Source of the DNA: Treponemataceae bacterium
GTDB lineage: Bacteria > Spirochaetota > Spirochaetia > Treponematales > Rectinemataceae
Assembly (NCBI GenBank): GCA_963667725.2
Contig: CAXXHO010000005.1
Span: forward strand, 448,001-512,000
Direction: 5' to 3'
DNA length: 64,000 bases
The position numbers were made by a program, and so were the translations under genes. Positions 41,307-52,593 of this stretch are shown in pieces (the stretch's first letter is position 1; each line of letters begins with the position of its first letter). Below the pieces are notes generated by a model. That model made no database searches. It was not told the DNA's origin and saw nothing but the letters and a program-made list of their open reading frames with translations.

Positions 41307-41759
41307 TTATTTTTTTAAAATTATTGCAAATAAGCCAGTTAATGACCCTATTAATCCAATAATTATTGAAATGTAGAATGAAAATTTTTCACGCTTCCAT
41401 TTAATTTCTTCTCGATATTCTTTTCTAATAAAATCACGTCCTTTTGAACTCAAAAACAAGGTATCATAATAAGACTTATCCCAAAAATCAGTTTCTATAT
41501 CATTTTCTCTAAAAGGAGGAATATATAAATCATATTTTTTTGCAATTTTTAGTATTCCATCAGACTTATACTCATCCCATTCATCTTGAAGCATTCTTAT
41601 TTCTGATGCTTCGGAAGCATATGAACTCTGGTGATTGGTTTTTACCTTTTTTCTTTCATCTTGATATGCATTTTTAGTTGCAATTATCAAAGATGAATAG
41701 TATCTATCAGGAAATAATCTACGTTTTATATCCATTAATTTCTTTGTTAAATTGTTCAC
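41307..41759 (-). CDS. Hypothetical protein with C-terminal TM
   Basis: C-terminal ISIIIGLIGSLTGLFAIIL; second gene of a two-gene cassette. Confidence 0.6.
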   Translation of the reverse strand: MNNLTKKLMDIKRRLFPDRYYSSLIIATKNAYQDERKKVKTNHQSSYASEASEIRMLQDEWDEYKSDGILKIAKKYDLYIPPFRENDIETDFWDKSYYDTLFLSSKGRDFIRKEYREEIKWKREKFSFYISIIIGLIGSLTGLFAIILKK

Positions 41760-41803
41760 CGAATTTTACCCTTGTTTGATAAAAGATACACTAGATTAAT
41801 TAT

Positions 41804-42082
41804 CTAACCGAATAATTTGGAATGTGTCAGAATAATCTCTTCCATATAACTTTTTTCGTAGTCACTTAATTGTTCACCATTCCGTATTTTACCGGATATA
41901 CAGCTATTAATATGATTTACTGATTGATCGTGAGTATTTAATAATTCCAGAGCAAACTTTAATGTCTTTCCATTAAGCGGTTCATCAGAAAATATTCTAC
42001 GCGCAACATGACCACATTTAGCACTCCAGCTGCGAATTTCATGTTCATCTCTTTCATTTTCAGGAGAACTTTTTGATTCCAT
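41804..42082 (-). CDS. Hypothetical protein (start reassigned to MESKSS)
   Basis: GGAGGA RBS. Confidence 0.6.
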   Translation of the reverse strand: MESKSSPENERDEHEIRSWSAKCGHVARRIFSDEPLNGKTLKFALELLNTHDQSVNHINSCISGKIRNGEQLSDYEKSYMEEIILTHSKLFG

Positions 42083-42325
42083 ATGATTCCTCCGCGCCGA
42101 AGGCGTCAACCTAACATTGGCTTAACCCTTAACGCCCGCTCCTGAGCGAAGCGAAGGATTGGCGTGGTTTTTGCGTAAAGGAGCGTAGCGACTCGCAAAA
42201 ACCATGACAAAGGGCGTTATAGGGTTGAAGCATTTGTTAGAAATCTTCCCCTTGTCTCTAAATGTCTTTTAGTATTGTATTCAATAAATCTCTTATTCTT
42301 TCTTTATGTTTTCAGTTTCATCTCT

Positions 42326-42676
42326 TTATTCAATAATATCTTCTTTATTCTCATATTTAATATAGTCTTCTCTTCTTGGGCTAAAGACTTCTATAGCTAC
42401 TGAATCCTCAAGTATTTCTGCCCTATGCTTTACATTTGATAATACTGTCCAACTATCACCTGGATGTAATACTTTAGATTTTCCTTCAATAAAGAGCCTA
42501 ATGCTTCCTTTTACCAGATATCCTGTTTGTTCATTTATATGCTTATGTTCAGGAAGTGCAGCATCTTTTTTAAGTAAGAATTCAACAAGTAATGAATTTT
42601 CTCCATAGCTAAGTGTCTTAATGCTTATACCAGGGATGATTTCTTTGTATCCATTTCTCGATGCAATACCGAACAT
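42326..42676 (-). CDS. Cupin domain protein; paralog of 63112..63462
   Basis: PEHKHINEQTGY, VKHRAE, EVFSPRREDY. Confidence 0.88.
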   Translation of the reverse strand: MFGIASRNGYKEIIPGISIKTLSYGENSLLVEFLLKKDAALPEHKHINEQTGYLVKGSIRLFIEGKSKVLHPGDSWTVLSNVKHRAEILEDSVAIEVFSPRREDYIKYENKEDIIE

Positions 42677-42875
42677 ATGCTTTTCTCCATCATGTTGACT
42701 GATAATTACTGCAATGAACTATAAATATTCTTCCTGCGCGGGAGCGTCTTTCTAACATTGGCTTAACCTTTAACGCTCGTTCCCGAGCGTAGCGAGGGAT
42801 TGGCGTGGTTTGTGCATTGTTGTTCTGCACAAACCATGACAAAGAGCGTTATAAGGTTGAAGCGTTTGTTAGATT

Positions 42876-43688
42876 TCAGCACTTTCCATTTTGAGCTATA
42901 TATAACAAATGTTCTGCGCAACCTATGCAATGGGGATCCTCTATAAACTCCATGGCTAAAGTAATACATTCAGAAATCACTTCTTTAGGATACTTCTTTA
43001 AAACTTCTTCATAGGGACCAAGTATGCTCTCAACAGCATAACATCCAATTTTCTTAATCGGAAAAGAGCTCATTAGTTCTTCTACTTCTTCTATCCTTGA
43101 GAAGTAGGCTGCTGTAAAGCCATCATCACTCACAATATTAGTACCATTACTAAAGTATCCTAACAATGTATTAATGTTTCCAATAACCTTATCTGGATAT
43201 TTCTTTAATATGTCAATAATAGGAGCATATGCTGATATAAATATAGAAGCTATTATTCCATTAGGCTTTAATACTCTTAATGCATTTACTATGACTTTTT
43301 CTCTATCAGCTTTGTCTGTAAGGTGATAAAGAGGTCCCATGATAAGGACTGCATCATACTCATTTTCATTAAGATTATTAAGATCAAGAGCATTTCCTAC
43401 AACAAACGAATCTATATGCTCATCGTTATGTGTATCTTTTTCTCGTGCAAATGTGATATTTTCATCTGAAAGATCAAATAGCGTGACAGAATACCCTAAT
43501 CTTGCTAACCAAAATGAATAATGACCTGGGCCTCCCCCAAGATCTAATATTTTTGCTGGTGTCTTTGGCAGATGCCTTAGCAATAAACGTTTGGTTATTT
43601 CAAATTCTACCGGATGCCTTTCTGCACGAGTCCATTCATGTTCAACCTGTCTATTGTAAAATATTTTTACGATATCGCTATCATGCAT
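42876..43688 (-). CDS. Class I SAM-dependent methyltransferase (start reassigned to MHDSDI)
   Basis: ILDLGGGPGHYS, DAVLIMGPLYHL, LKPNG. Confidence 0.88.
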   Translation of the reverse strand: MHDSDIVKIFYNRQVEHEWTRAERHPVEFEITKRLLLRHLPKTPAKILDLGGGPGHYSFWLARLGYSVTLFDLSDENITFAREKDTHNDEHIDSFVVGNALDLNNLNENEYDAVLIMGPLYHLTDKADREKVIVNALRVLKPNGIIASIFISAYAPIIDILKKYPDKVIGNINTLLGYFSNGTNIVSDDGFTAAYFSRIEEVEELMSSFPIKKIGCYAVESILGPYEEVLKKYPKEVISECITLAMEFIEDPHCIGCAEHLLYIAQNGKC

Positions 43689-43848
43689 TACTATCTCCGA
43701 TACATTCTGTAAATCTAACATTGGCTTGACCCTTAACGCCCACTCCTGAGCGAAGCGAAGGATTGGCGTGGTTTGTGCATTGTTGTTCTGCACAAACCAT
43801 GACAAAGGGCGTTATAGGGTCGAAGCATTTGTTAGGTGTCTGCCCTTC

Positions 43849-44502
43849 TTATTGATTAGCTTCAATTACTTTCTTAAGTATATCTTTATCTTTATATGCT
43901 TTACTTAATTCTTCCAGTCTATCTTTAACCATTCCATCTTTATCTTCATACTCTGTAAAACAATATACTTTACTATTCCCTTCAGAAAACAAAGAAAAAA
44001 TATCTTCTGTTTCATCTATTACTTTTATAAAGCTAAAGTATTTCCTTTGTTTCAAGTAATGATATAGTAAATGCCCATTTGGATGTGTTGATCCATCCAT
44101 TATCATATATCGCCAAAGATCTATTCTAAATCCTAATGGTAAATCACTCTTAATAAGCTCTTCTTCACTATAAGTCGCTATTACTGCCTTATACGTCTCA
44201 ATTGCCTTTTCAAAATCGAATAATACTTTCTTGAGTTCTATATTATAATCAACCTCAAACCATTTCTTATTTACTTTTCTAAAGTCATCTATATCTTTGA
44301 ATGGGATTTGATTTTTAATACTCTTAAGCTTGTCTGCAGAGAATGAAATCCAACGTGCCAAATGGGCAATAACATCTTTATAGTTCCAATCTTCATATGA
44401 GCTACTATTTAAATTTTCAGATTTGCATATTGTTATGAACTCAAGGACATTCTTATGTGTTCTTTCTATTTCAAGGTTAATTCTTTTAATATCAGGAATC
44501 AT
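43849..44502 (-). CDS. DinB/ClbS-DfsB-like four-helix bundle protein (start reassigned to MIPDIK)
   Basis: WNYKDVIAHLARW, HPNGH. Confidence 0.65.
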   Translation of the reverse strand: MIPDIKRINLEIERTHKNVLEFITICKSENLNSSSYEDWNYKDVIAHLARWISFSADKLKSIKNQIPFKDIDDFRKVNKKWFEVDYNIELKKVLFDFEKAIETYKAVIATYSEEELIKSDLPLGFRIDLWRYMIMDGSTHPNGHLLYHYLKQRKYFSFIKVIDETEDIFSLFSEGNSKVYCFTEYEDKDGMVKDRLEELSKAYKDKDILKKVIEANQ

Positions 44503-44634
44503 TTTTTTCTCCAAATAATCTGCGCGATAGCGTCCACCTAACATTGGCTTAACCCTTAACGCCTGTTCCTGAGCGAAGCGAAGGATTGGCGTGGTTTTTG
44601 CGTGATCTTCTCGCAAAAACCATGACAAAAGGCG

Positions 44635-45465
44635 TTATAGGGTTGAAGCAGGTGTTAGAGGTTTCTTATTTTTTTCATGCAACGTATGTTCTTTAAAAAA
44701 TTCAATGATGTATGATAAGGATTCTTCAGGTATTTAATGTCCAGAATTGTTGATATACGTCTTAACTGGAGCATCTATTATCGAATCATACTCGTTTACA
44801 TTATTATTAATGATTCTTCCTACTCCACATTTATTAATATTAAGCACTATATTTACCATTTCCATTTGCCATGGAAATTTAACAAGTGGATCTTTTCTTC
44901 CTGCCACAAGAAATACTGGTTTTGGTTCTAGTTTGTTTCTATCTTCCTTTGATGGTAGTATTCCAGCTATTGGAGCGACTGCGGCAAGCACATTACCTCT
45001 CGCTGCCCATAATACATAGGTAAAAGCCGCTCCATTAGAAAAGCCAATAGAGTATATTTTAGTTTTATCTACTGAGTAATTACTATCAAAATATTGAAAT
45101 AGTTTATCGAAAAACTCGATATCTCTTCCATTTTGATCATCTATAGAACTTTGCCAACCTGGAAATTTGCCTTCAGGGTCAACGATATTTGTGAGTGTAT
45201 TTAATCCTTGTGGATAAACAACTATTGCCTTAGGCCAAAACATTTCTATATGAAAGCGCAAAGCTGCTGATTTCATTGAACCGCCGTGGCCATGAAAAGC
45301 AAACACGATAGGAAGCAAATCATTATTTATGTTTGATGGAATATAGATTTCTGCATTTCTAATAATTCCATTTTCTTCTATAGACACAGATTCTAATCCG
45401 AACAAAGGGAACAATAACAATATTTCTAATAAAATGAATAGTAAGGCTTTTCGTTGCCATCTCAT
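44635..45465 (-). pseudogene. Esterase paralog of 4320..5129 with in-frame premature TAA at 44734-44736
   Basis: After the stop the same frame continues IPEESLSYIIEFFKEHTL, matching the paralog's KIPGDAIPFIVEFFKNNTL. Confidence 0.78.
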
Positions 45466-45597
45466 TTGCATGTCCTTTACTATATTTGCAGCTAATACCT
45501 CTAACATTGGCTTAACCCTTAACGCCTGCTCCTGAGCGAAGCGAAGGATTGGCGTGGTTTTTGCGTGATCTTCTCGCAAAAACCATGACAAAAGACG

Positions 45598-46356
45598 TTA
45601 TAGGGTTGAAGCATTTGTTAGGTTCCTCACTTTTTCCAAGTATTCCCAATACTCCAATATCTTAATATCATTTGCTTTTTCTTTAAGCTTTAATAGCATA
45701 AATAATTCTGGTCTATGCTCAGCGCCAGCTAAAACAGCAACAGTCCTCTCGTTTTTGCTTTTATTTAAAATGTTCTGAACCATTGCAGCAGTTCTTTCAT
45801 TCCAAAATACTGCATCTGCTATACAGAAACTATAATATTCCTTTAATATTTCATTATTTGGAATTACTTCCATAATAACTCTATTCCATTTTTCTTCTTT
45901 TTCTATAATAATTTTATCTAATTCTATACTATTTATTCTTTTACATTTATTTCTTCTAATAAAACGATCCCTCTTTTTCATTGCTGCATAAGCATCGCTA
46001 ATAATTTTTGTTTCATTTTCAGATAAAGCTTTTTTCTTTAATAGCTTATTAATATCCGTAAACAAATCTTTATAATTCTTAAACAATTTGATATTTTTAA
46101 TCTGTTCTTGTCGGTTATATATATCATATGGTTTGATCTTAATAGTTTTCAATTGTTCATATTTATTAAGTGCATAATCCTCTTGTGATTCATTATTTCT
46201 CGCTTTTTTTAACTCACCAGACTCTGTATAAAATTCATCTGACAACTCTTCTAATATGCAAGATGGCTCTATATCAACTAATATCTGATATAGAGTATCA
46301 CCAGTATATTTCTTTGTATTTTTGTGTAATGTGCCAATAATTATTATATTTGTCAT
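45598..46356 (-). CDS. Hypothetical protein (possible TraB/erythromycin-esterase-like metal fold)
   Basis: IIIGTLH, ILEE, ERTAAMVQNI, VLAGAEH. Confidence 0.55.
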   Translation of the reverse strand: MTNIIIIGTLHKNTKKYTGDTLYQILVDIEPSCILEELSDEFYTESGELKKARNNESQEDYALNKYEQLKTIKIKPYDIYNRQEQIKNIKLFKNYKDLFTDINKLLKKKALSENETKIISDAYAAMKKRDRFIRRNKCKRINSIELDKIIIEKEEKWNRVIMEVIPNNEILKEYYSFCIADAVFWNERTAAMVQNILNKSKNERTVAVLAGAEHRPELFMLLKLKEKANDIKILEYWEYLEKVRNLTNASTL

Positions 46357-46509
46357 ATATTCTTAGTGAACCTAACATTGGCTTAACCCTTAACGCCTGC
46401 TCCTGAGCGAAGCGAAGGATTGGCGTGGTTTTTGCGTCATCTTCTAGCAAAAACCATGACAAAAGGCGTTATAGGGTTGAAGCATTTGTTAGGCGTCAGT
46501 ACTTTCCTA

Positions 46510-47025
46510 TCAGTCGACCGTTTCAAAACCTATGAACGTTCCTAATGATCCATCATTATATTTTGCTTCTTTACATTCTTCTTTAATATCATACTTTCTA
46601 TCTTTTGATATTTCTTCTACTACTCTCTTCCAAAACTCAATTGACCCCTTATTCTTTGGATGCATCTTTATTTCCCATTTACCCCTATGTTGCTTAAAAA
46701 CTTCTATTGCTGCTTGTTTCCCTATACCCAATTTTCTATATTTATTTAAGACAAAGAATTCAGAGATTGCATAATCACTTTCTTTATAGTAATCAATATC
46801 TGTATCAACAAGCACAAAACCAACTATATTTTCTTGAACCATTATAAAATAAGCGTAATGATTATCTTTAATGAAGAATCTATCAAGGTCATGTTCAAAA
46901 GCGTAATCGCCATTTTGATCGATATCAATTCCATTATACTGAGACCATTCATAGCAGTACATCTTAATTAAGTTTCGTAATACAAATTTTTTTCTTTCTT
47001 CTACTGATGCTAACTTAATATTCAA
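46510..47025 (-). CDS. GNAT N-acetyltransferase
   Basis: ISEFFVLNKYRKLGIG, SIEFWKRV. Confidence 0.85.
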   Translation of the reverse strand: MNIKLASVEERKKFVLRNLIKMYCYEWSQYNGIDIDQNGDYAFEHDLDRFFIKDNHYAYFIMVQENIVGFVLVDTDIDYYKESDYAISEFFVLNKYRKLGIGKQAAIEVFKQHRGKWEIKMHPKNKGSIEFWKRVVEEISKDRKYDIKEECKEAKYNDGSLGTFIGFETVD

Positions 47026-47341
47026 TATGGAGCCTCGTTTTACCAGATTACTAATACCTACGTTAGTAAGATTACATTAGAAATGCATTATAGCCAATAA
47101 TTGAAAGCACATTATATATTACAAGTATTTTATAAAAATGCAGATATTAATATATTATTTCTTTTACTGATTTTTTAAAACATCGAAAATCTTAATATTG
47201 CGCGCGCTAGCGCGTCCGCCTAACATTGGCTTAACCCTCAACGCCTGCTCCTGAGCGAAGCGAAGGATTGGCGTGGTTTTTGCGCGATCTTCTCGCAAAA
47301 ACCATGACAAAAGGCGTTATAGGGTTGAAGCATTTGTTAGG

Positions 47342-47611
47342 TTATTTCTTTTCTTCTAAATTCCCAATATTTGATTCTATTAAATGATCGTATTTCTTGT
47401 TTTCTTCATGGATTAGTTGAATTTTTAGTTCTTCTTTCTTCAATTCTAGCTCTAATATGTCTTTTCTATATTTTAGCTTCTCAACATCTGCTTTAATTTT
47501 CTTATTTATGATTATAAATCCAAATGTTAACCCTGGAAGAACCAATAAACTCATAATCATTCCAAAATATGGAATAGGTATAAATTCCATCTTGAATCCT
47601 TGTTTTATCAA
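47342..47611 (-). CDS. Small TM + coiled-coil hypothetical protein
   Basis: Hydrophobic N-terminus, then a charged helix. Confidence 0.6.
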   Translation of the reverse strand: MIKQGFKMEFIPIPYFGMIMSLLVLPGLTFGFIIINKKIKADVEKLKYRKDILELELKKEELKIQLIHEENKKYDHLIESNIGNLEEKK

Positions 47612-47626
47612 ATAGAATCTACATTC

Positions 47627-47821
47627 TTATTCTTGCAGTAATATTTTTGCCTTCTCATAATCATCTTCACTCACAAATATTGCAGCATCTATACTAAATG
47701 ATGCTGGCCTTTGCTCTCCAGCATCTGCCGATTGAATAATGTATGGAATATTTTCTTGCTTTAATAGTATTGCGAAAGAATCAGCTTCAAATCTATTTTT
47801 GAACTTTTTTAGTTGAATCAT
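47627..47821 (-). CDS. DUF2007-like small protein (start reassigned to MIQLKK)
   Basis: Paralog of 38797..38994. Confidence 0.7.
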   Translation of the reverse strand: MIQLKKFKNRFEADSFAILLKQENIPYIIQSADAGEQRPASFSIDAAIFVSEDDYEKAKILLQE

Positions 47822-48050
47822 ATTTCTTCCTCTTCTTTTGGCGCGAAGCATCAATCTAACATTAAGAAATAATTGTTTAGTATGTATATTTTTTGGCGCC
47901 GAAGGCGTCAACCTAACATTCGTTTAACCTTTAAACCCGGCCGAGCGTAGCGAGGCATTGGCGCGATTCTTGCCTCACTCTAAAAAGCCCTTTTACTCTA
48001 CGTTGTTTCGCAAGAATCGTGACAATAGGGTTTATAAGGTTGAAACGGTT

Positions 48051-48215
48051 GTTAGAATTTTCACCCCAATTGGCACTTCTTCTCTTTTCTTCTTTTTTCC
48101 ATAAGATTTTTCTTATCTTCGTTCCTTTTCTAACGACATAATGAATGCGAGAATAAGGGAAAGACGCACCGCTTCTCTTCCCTTTTCGAGCAGTATAACA
48201 TTAAATAATTCTAAC
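48051..48215. other. Short ORF-less cassette (~165 bp)
   Basis: GTTAGAATT/AATTCTAAC complementary ends; only tiny ORFs inside; internal hairpin. Confidence 0.75.
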
Positions 48216-48343
48216 ATTGGCTTGACCCTTAACGCCCGCTCCTGAGCGTAGCGAAGGATTGGCGTGGTTTTTGCGTGATCTTCTCGCAAAAACCATGACA
48301 AAGGGCGTTATAGGGTCGAAGCAGGTGTTAGGTTACTGCCCTT

Positions 48344-48937
48344 CTACTTTTGTATTTGATTAAATCTCTTGATCTTCCACTCTTCATTCTCATATATTAC
48401 TTCTGTAATCCCACAATAATCATATTTAAACCTATATCTATGATAAACAGGCATCCCTAAGAGATTGCACATTAAGATCCTTATATAACCCTCATGACAG
48501 AACAATACATATGTTCCATCTTTCTCTTTAATCTCTCTTAATAAATCATTTTGTCTTTCTTTAACCTCTTCTCCCGTCTCTCCACCTGGGAATCTACAAT
48601 CATGTTTATGTTCAAAGAAATCTCTCCAAAAGTCTGGATATTTTTTCTCTATCTCTTCATCAGACATAGTCTCAATGATTCCATTATCAATCTCATTGAG
48701 CCGTTTATCTACTATGATAGATATATTCTTATCTCTTGATAATGGTTCTGCAGTCTGCTTAACCCGTAAGTATTCGCTTGCATAAATATTATCAATTTTT
48801 TCAGCTTTAAAATATTCAACCAAGGCATGTGCCTGTTTAAAACCAATTTCAGTTAATGAAGGATCTGTATGGCCTATTAGAGAATTAATCTCTGAAGATA
48901 CTTCTTTTTCACCGTGACGAATAAAGTACAATTTCAT
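48344..48937 (-). CDS. Histidine phosphatase family protein
   Basis: LYFIRHGE, YASEYLRVKQTA, FPGGET, FCHEG. Confidence 0.9.
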   Translation of the reverse strand: MKLYFIRHGEKEVSSEINSLIGHTDPSLTEIGFKQAHALVEYFKAEKIDNIYASEYLRVKQTAEPLSRDKNISIIVDKRLNEIDNGIIETMSDEEIEKKYPDFWRDFFEHKHDCRFPGGETGEEVKERQNDLLREIKEKDGTYVLFCHEGYIRILMCNLLGMPVYHRYRFKYDYCGITEVIYENEEWKIKRFNQIQK

Positions 48938-49196
48938 ATTACTCTCTTATAAATCAATTCTTTACGAGCGCCGAAGGCGTCAACCTAACATTGGCTTAAC
49001 CCTTAACGCCTGTTCCTGAGCGAAGCGAAGGATTGGCGTGGTTTTTGCGTCATCTTCTAGCAAAAACCATGACAAAGGGCGTTATAGGGTTGAAGCATTT
49101 GTTAGATTGTTCTTAACTCAAATAATACCTATACTATAATAAGTTTCTATTTCTTATAGATTTATCGTTTTCTTTCATTTTTTCTATTAATTAATT

Positions 49197-49634
49197 CTAT
49201 AGTATTCCTTTACTTAATACTATGCTTATTGTAGTTGTAAGTCTTCGATGAACTTCAGGAGTTCGCATCTTTTCATAGGGAAGCTCATCGACATATTTTA
49301 CTTTATCCATTTCATACTTTGGTAAAGGACCTATCTCTTTTATCTCAACAAAATATTGGATTCCATATGATATGCCTTTATCAGTTTCGATAGAGTATAT
49401 AAACAATGGATTGTATACAGCTTCTAATGCTCCTGTTTCTTCCCATAGTTCTCTTTTTGCAGCTTCAATAGGTGTTTCTTTATACTCTATTCTTCCACCT
49501 GGGCAGTCCCACTTATCAAATATGCTATGATGAACAATAACCCATTTGCCCTTATACTTTGATACTAATGATACATATTGAATATTGAAGTTTTCAATTT
49601 CAGATAATGAATAGAAGCTGCTTAATTCAAACAT
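49197..49634 (-). CDS. NUDIX hydrolase
   Basis: PGGRIEYKETPIEAAKRELWEETG. Confidence 0.88.
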   Translation of the reverse strand: MFELSSFYSLSEIENFNIQYVSLVSKYKGKWVIVHHSIFDKWDCPGGRIEYKETPIEAAKRELWEETGALEAVYNPLFIYSIETDKGISYGIQYFVEIKEIGPLPKYEMDKVKYVDELPYEKMRTPEVHRRLTTTISIVLSKGIL

Positions 49635-49827
49635 ATAATAACCTATCTTTTACAACTCTTAATTTTACCAATCTAACATTGGCTTAACCCTTAACGCCTG
49701 TTCCTGAGCGAAGCGAAGGATTGGCGTGGTTTTTGCGTCATCTTCTAGCAAAAACCATGACAAAAGGCGTTATAGGGTTGAAGCATTTGTTAGGCTCTTA
49801 TTTTCTATCTTATAATAAATTACTTCT

Positions 49828-50298
49828 TCATATTTTTTGCTTAATAACAAAATGCATCCCTTCTTCAAATTCTTTCTTTCTATAAAAATCTTTGGCTTCG
49901 GTGTTTTTCTCCCAATATGTTAATTCTAGTTGACTTACTTTATCTGCTTTTCCTTTATCTTCAGCTTTTTTCATTAATAAGGATCCTATACCTCTTTTTT
50001 GATACTCTTTTATCACACTTAACTGATCTATATGAATTCCTTTATATGAATATCTAAAAGGATTCTCTTTATATTCTTTTACATAAAATATGATATATCC
50101 AACAGGCTTGTTATCATCATATGCTATATAAGAATACCAATTATCTTGAGCAAGTAGTTCTTCAATTGCTTTTCTTAGGTTTTCATAATTATATGCTTTA
50201 AAGTATTCAGGATATTTCTCATGATGAAGATTCTGAACAGTTTCATTGAGCATAGTGATTATGTTCACATCTTTTGATTCAACGATAGTAATACTCAT
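49828..50298 (-). CDS. GNAT N-acetyltransferase
   Basis: IDQLSVIKEYQKRGIGSLLM, NTEAKDFY. Confidence 0.88.
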   Translation of the reverse strand: MSITIVESKDVNIITMLNETVQNLHHEKYPEYFKAYNYENLRKAIEELLAQDNWYSYIAYDDNKPVGYIIFYVKEYKENPFRYSYKGIHIDQLSVIKEYQKRGIGSLLMKKAEDKGKADKVSQLELTYWEKNTEAKDFYRKKEFEEGMHFVIKQKI

Positions 50299-50495
50299 GC
50301 TAAAGTCCCTTTCTTAATATTAATGAGCCTAACATTGGCTTAACCTTTAAAGCCTACTCCTGAGCGAAGCGAAGGATTGGCGCGCTTTTTGCATTGTTGT
50401 TCTGCAAAAAGCGTGACAAAAGGCTTTATAAGGTTGAAGCATTTGTTAGGTTTTTCTTTCTATTCAATTTTGATTCAATTTCTCAATATTCTTTC

Positions 50496-50999
50496 TTACC
50501 AAATATTCTTATGTATCTTACTTTCATTATATTTATCTATCGGCTTAACATTTTTATCAACTGCTATTCCTATTGGTATTACATTGAGTGGAATTATACC
50601 ATTTGGTATTTTGCATTCATTTCGAACAGGTTCAATTCTTGATTCATACTTATAGACTGCTGTCCAAACTGCTCCATACCCTAATGCATGCGCTGCAAGC
50701 AGTATATTTTCTGTAGCAGCAGCACAATCAACTACCCAATTTGCTTCTTTAGAATCTCCACATACAATTATCGCAGCACCAGCTTTATCAAGCATTTTGG
50801 CATATGGTAGTGATTTACATAGATTATTTAGTATTACTTTATCGGTTATGATGATAAATGACCATGGTTGAATGTTCATTGCTGATGGAGCAGCCATACC
50901 TGCTTTTACTATTGTATTTAAATCATTTTCATTGATTGGGTCTCCTGTGAATTTTCTGACGCTATGTCTTGATAAGATCCCATCAATTAATGGTTGCAT
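50496..50999 (-). CDS. Nitroreductase family protein
   Basis: SRHSVRKF, APSAMNIQPW, ENILLAAHALGYGAVW. Confidence 0.9.
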   Translation of the reverse strand: MQPLIDGILSRHSVRKFTGDPINENDLNTIVKAGMAAPSAMNIQPWSFIIITDKVILNNLCKSLPYAKMLDKAGAAIIVCGDSKEANWVVDCAAATENILLAAHALGYGAVWTAVYKYESRIEPVRNECKIPNGIIPLNVIPIGIAVDKNVKPIDKYNESKIHKNIW

Positions 51000-51191
51000 A
51001 TAATATCCTCCAAACTTAATAAACCTAACATTGGCTTAACCCTTAACGCCTGTTCCTGAGCGAAGCGAAGGATTGGCGTGGTTTTTGCATTGTTGTTCTG
51101 CAAAAACCATGACAAAAGGCGTTATAGGGTTGAAGCATGTGTTAGGCGTATTATAACTTAAGTAATATTTACATTAGTCAAAAATAAAATA

Positions 51192-51776
51192 CTATGGCCA
51201 TACGCTTTCAAGCATTAATTCTGTTATGGTATTCTCTGGTTTTCCTGCGTTTAGGACATCCTCTTGTGTAATAATACCTTTACGAATCCAATCATTCATT
51301 AATTCAGAGTAATCCATATTTAAAGTTCGATAATACAAAACAATATTATTCAGCTCATTTTCTCTAGCTCGTGAATTTTTATTTACATCATCAATTAACT
51401 CTTTTACAAGACTCTCTATAACAATATTTGCCTCTGTTATTTTTCCTGTTTTCAAGTAAATAGTCATTAAGTAGAAATAGCTAATTTTACTTTTCCATGA
51501 TTTGAGTGTGTTTATTGCTTTTTCAATATCACCGATTTTGAATTCTAACTGTGCTTTATGATATGGAGCATTGATTACTGGAGCTTTATTTTCTAATATC
51601 AAACCATCAATATATTCAATTGTCGATTGAATCGTTTGTACGTTTTTTGATGTTAATGCCTCTGAATACCTAGTAATGTATTCATCCATTATTTGACTAC
51701 CCTGCTGTGAAAAGCACGGCTTGACTAGAAGAACAAGTGTTGTGAGAAGAAGGAACTTTGCTAACGGATATTTCAT
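51192..51776 (-). CDS. Secreted hypothetical protein
   Basis: Signal-peptide-like N-terminus; helical. Confidence 0.6.
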   Translation of the reverse strand: MKYPLAKFLLLTTLVLLVKPCFSQQGSQIMDEYITRYSEALTSKNVQTIQSTIEYIDGLILENKAPVINAPYHKAQLEFKIGDIEKAINTLKSWKSKISYFYLMTIYLKTGKITEANIVIESLVKELIDDVNKNSRARENELNNIVLYYRTLNMDYSELMNDWIRKGIITQEDVLNAGKPENTITELMLESVWP

Positions 51777-51939
51777 TTTTCACCTTACCTTATCTGCGCG
51801 AAGCGTCCGCCTAACATTGGCTTAACCTTTAAATCCGTGCCTGAGCTACTGCGAAGGCTTGGCGTGGTTTGTGCATTGTTGTTCTTGCACAAACCATGAC
51901 AAAGGATTTATAAGGTTGAAGCGTTTGTTCTACGCTTTT

Positions 51940-52593
51940 TTATTTTATTAGTATTCTCTTAAATGAGTACTCCTCGATTTTCTTTGATAAAGATAGATCA
52001 CAATAGCTTTTATTCAATAAAAATTCTAATACAATATCAAACTCAGAAAAAATAGGAAGTAATTCATCATACTTATTGCAAATCTTAAGTTGTTCTTTAC
52101 TAGATAATACATCTATAATGTAGTCTTCTTCACCAGTAAAAACATCAAGTGGTTTATCATGTACTATTTGATTCCTAATGAACGCCATTTTATCAGAAAT
52201 ATCCCTAATATTTTGCGTAACTTCATTACCAAATAATATAATCAGTTTACAGGAAAGTTCAGACTTTGGTTTATTAGCAAGTTTTGATATTTGTATTTGA
52301 CTTTTAGGATTTTCAATATAGCCAATAGCAATTCTTTTATCAGTATTATTTTCTGCAATAATATTATTTATCAAAGAATCGATAGTAATTTCACTCCAAG
52401 CTAATAAAATGGATACAATTGCTTTTTCATTTTCAATATTATCATAGTTCGCTGATGAAAAGAAAATAATACCATTTTTAATCACTGGATTACTTCTATA
52501 AGGGTTATCCTTTGTTAATTTGTAAAATGAGTATGCAGTTTTTGAAAGAAGTTCCAGCCTAAGCCAGTTGTTTTCAAAATCGCTATATATCAT
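51940..52593 (-). CDS. Hypothetical protein with HEPN-like RxxxxH motif
   Basis: AWSEITI helix and IRNQIVHDK. Confidence 0.55.
   Translation of the reverse strand: MIYSDFENNWLRLELLSKTAYSFYKLTKDNPYRSNPVIKNGIIFFSSANYDNIENEKAIVSILLAWSEITIDSLINNIIAENNTDKRIAIGYIENPKSQIQISKLANKPKSELSCKLIILFGNEVTQNIRDISDKMAFIRNQIVHDKPLDVFTGEEDYIIDVLSSKEQLKICNKYDELLPIFSEFDIVLEFLLNKSYCDLSLSKKIEEYSFKRILIK

Noticed and set aside
24611..48301. N-terminal extensions MSWFL...KPML on minus-strand ORFs (24611, 42876, 43849, 44734, 48113; also 4067, 13521)
   Set aside because: They are encoded by the upstream cassette's attC and depend on cassette order, and internal starts with an RBS exist. Occasional translation across attC cannot be excluded.
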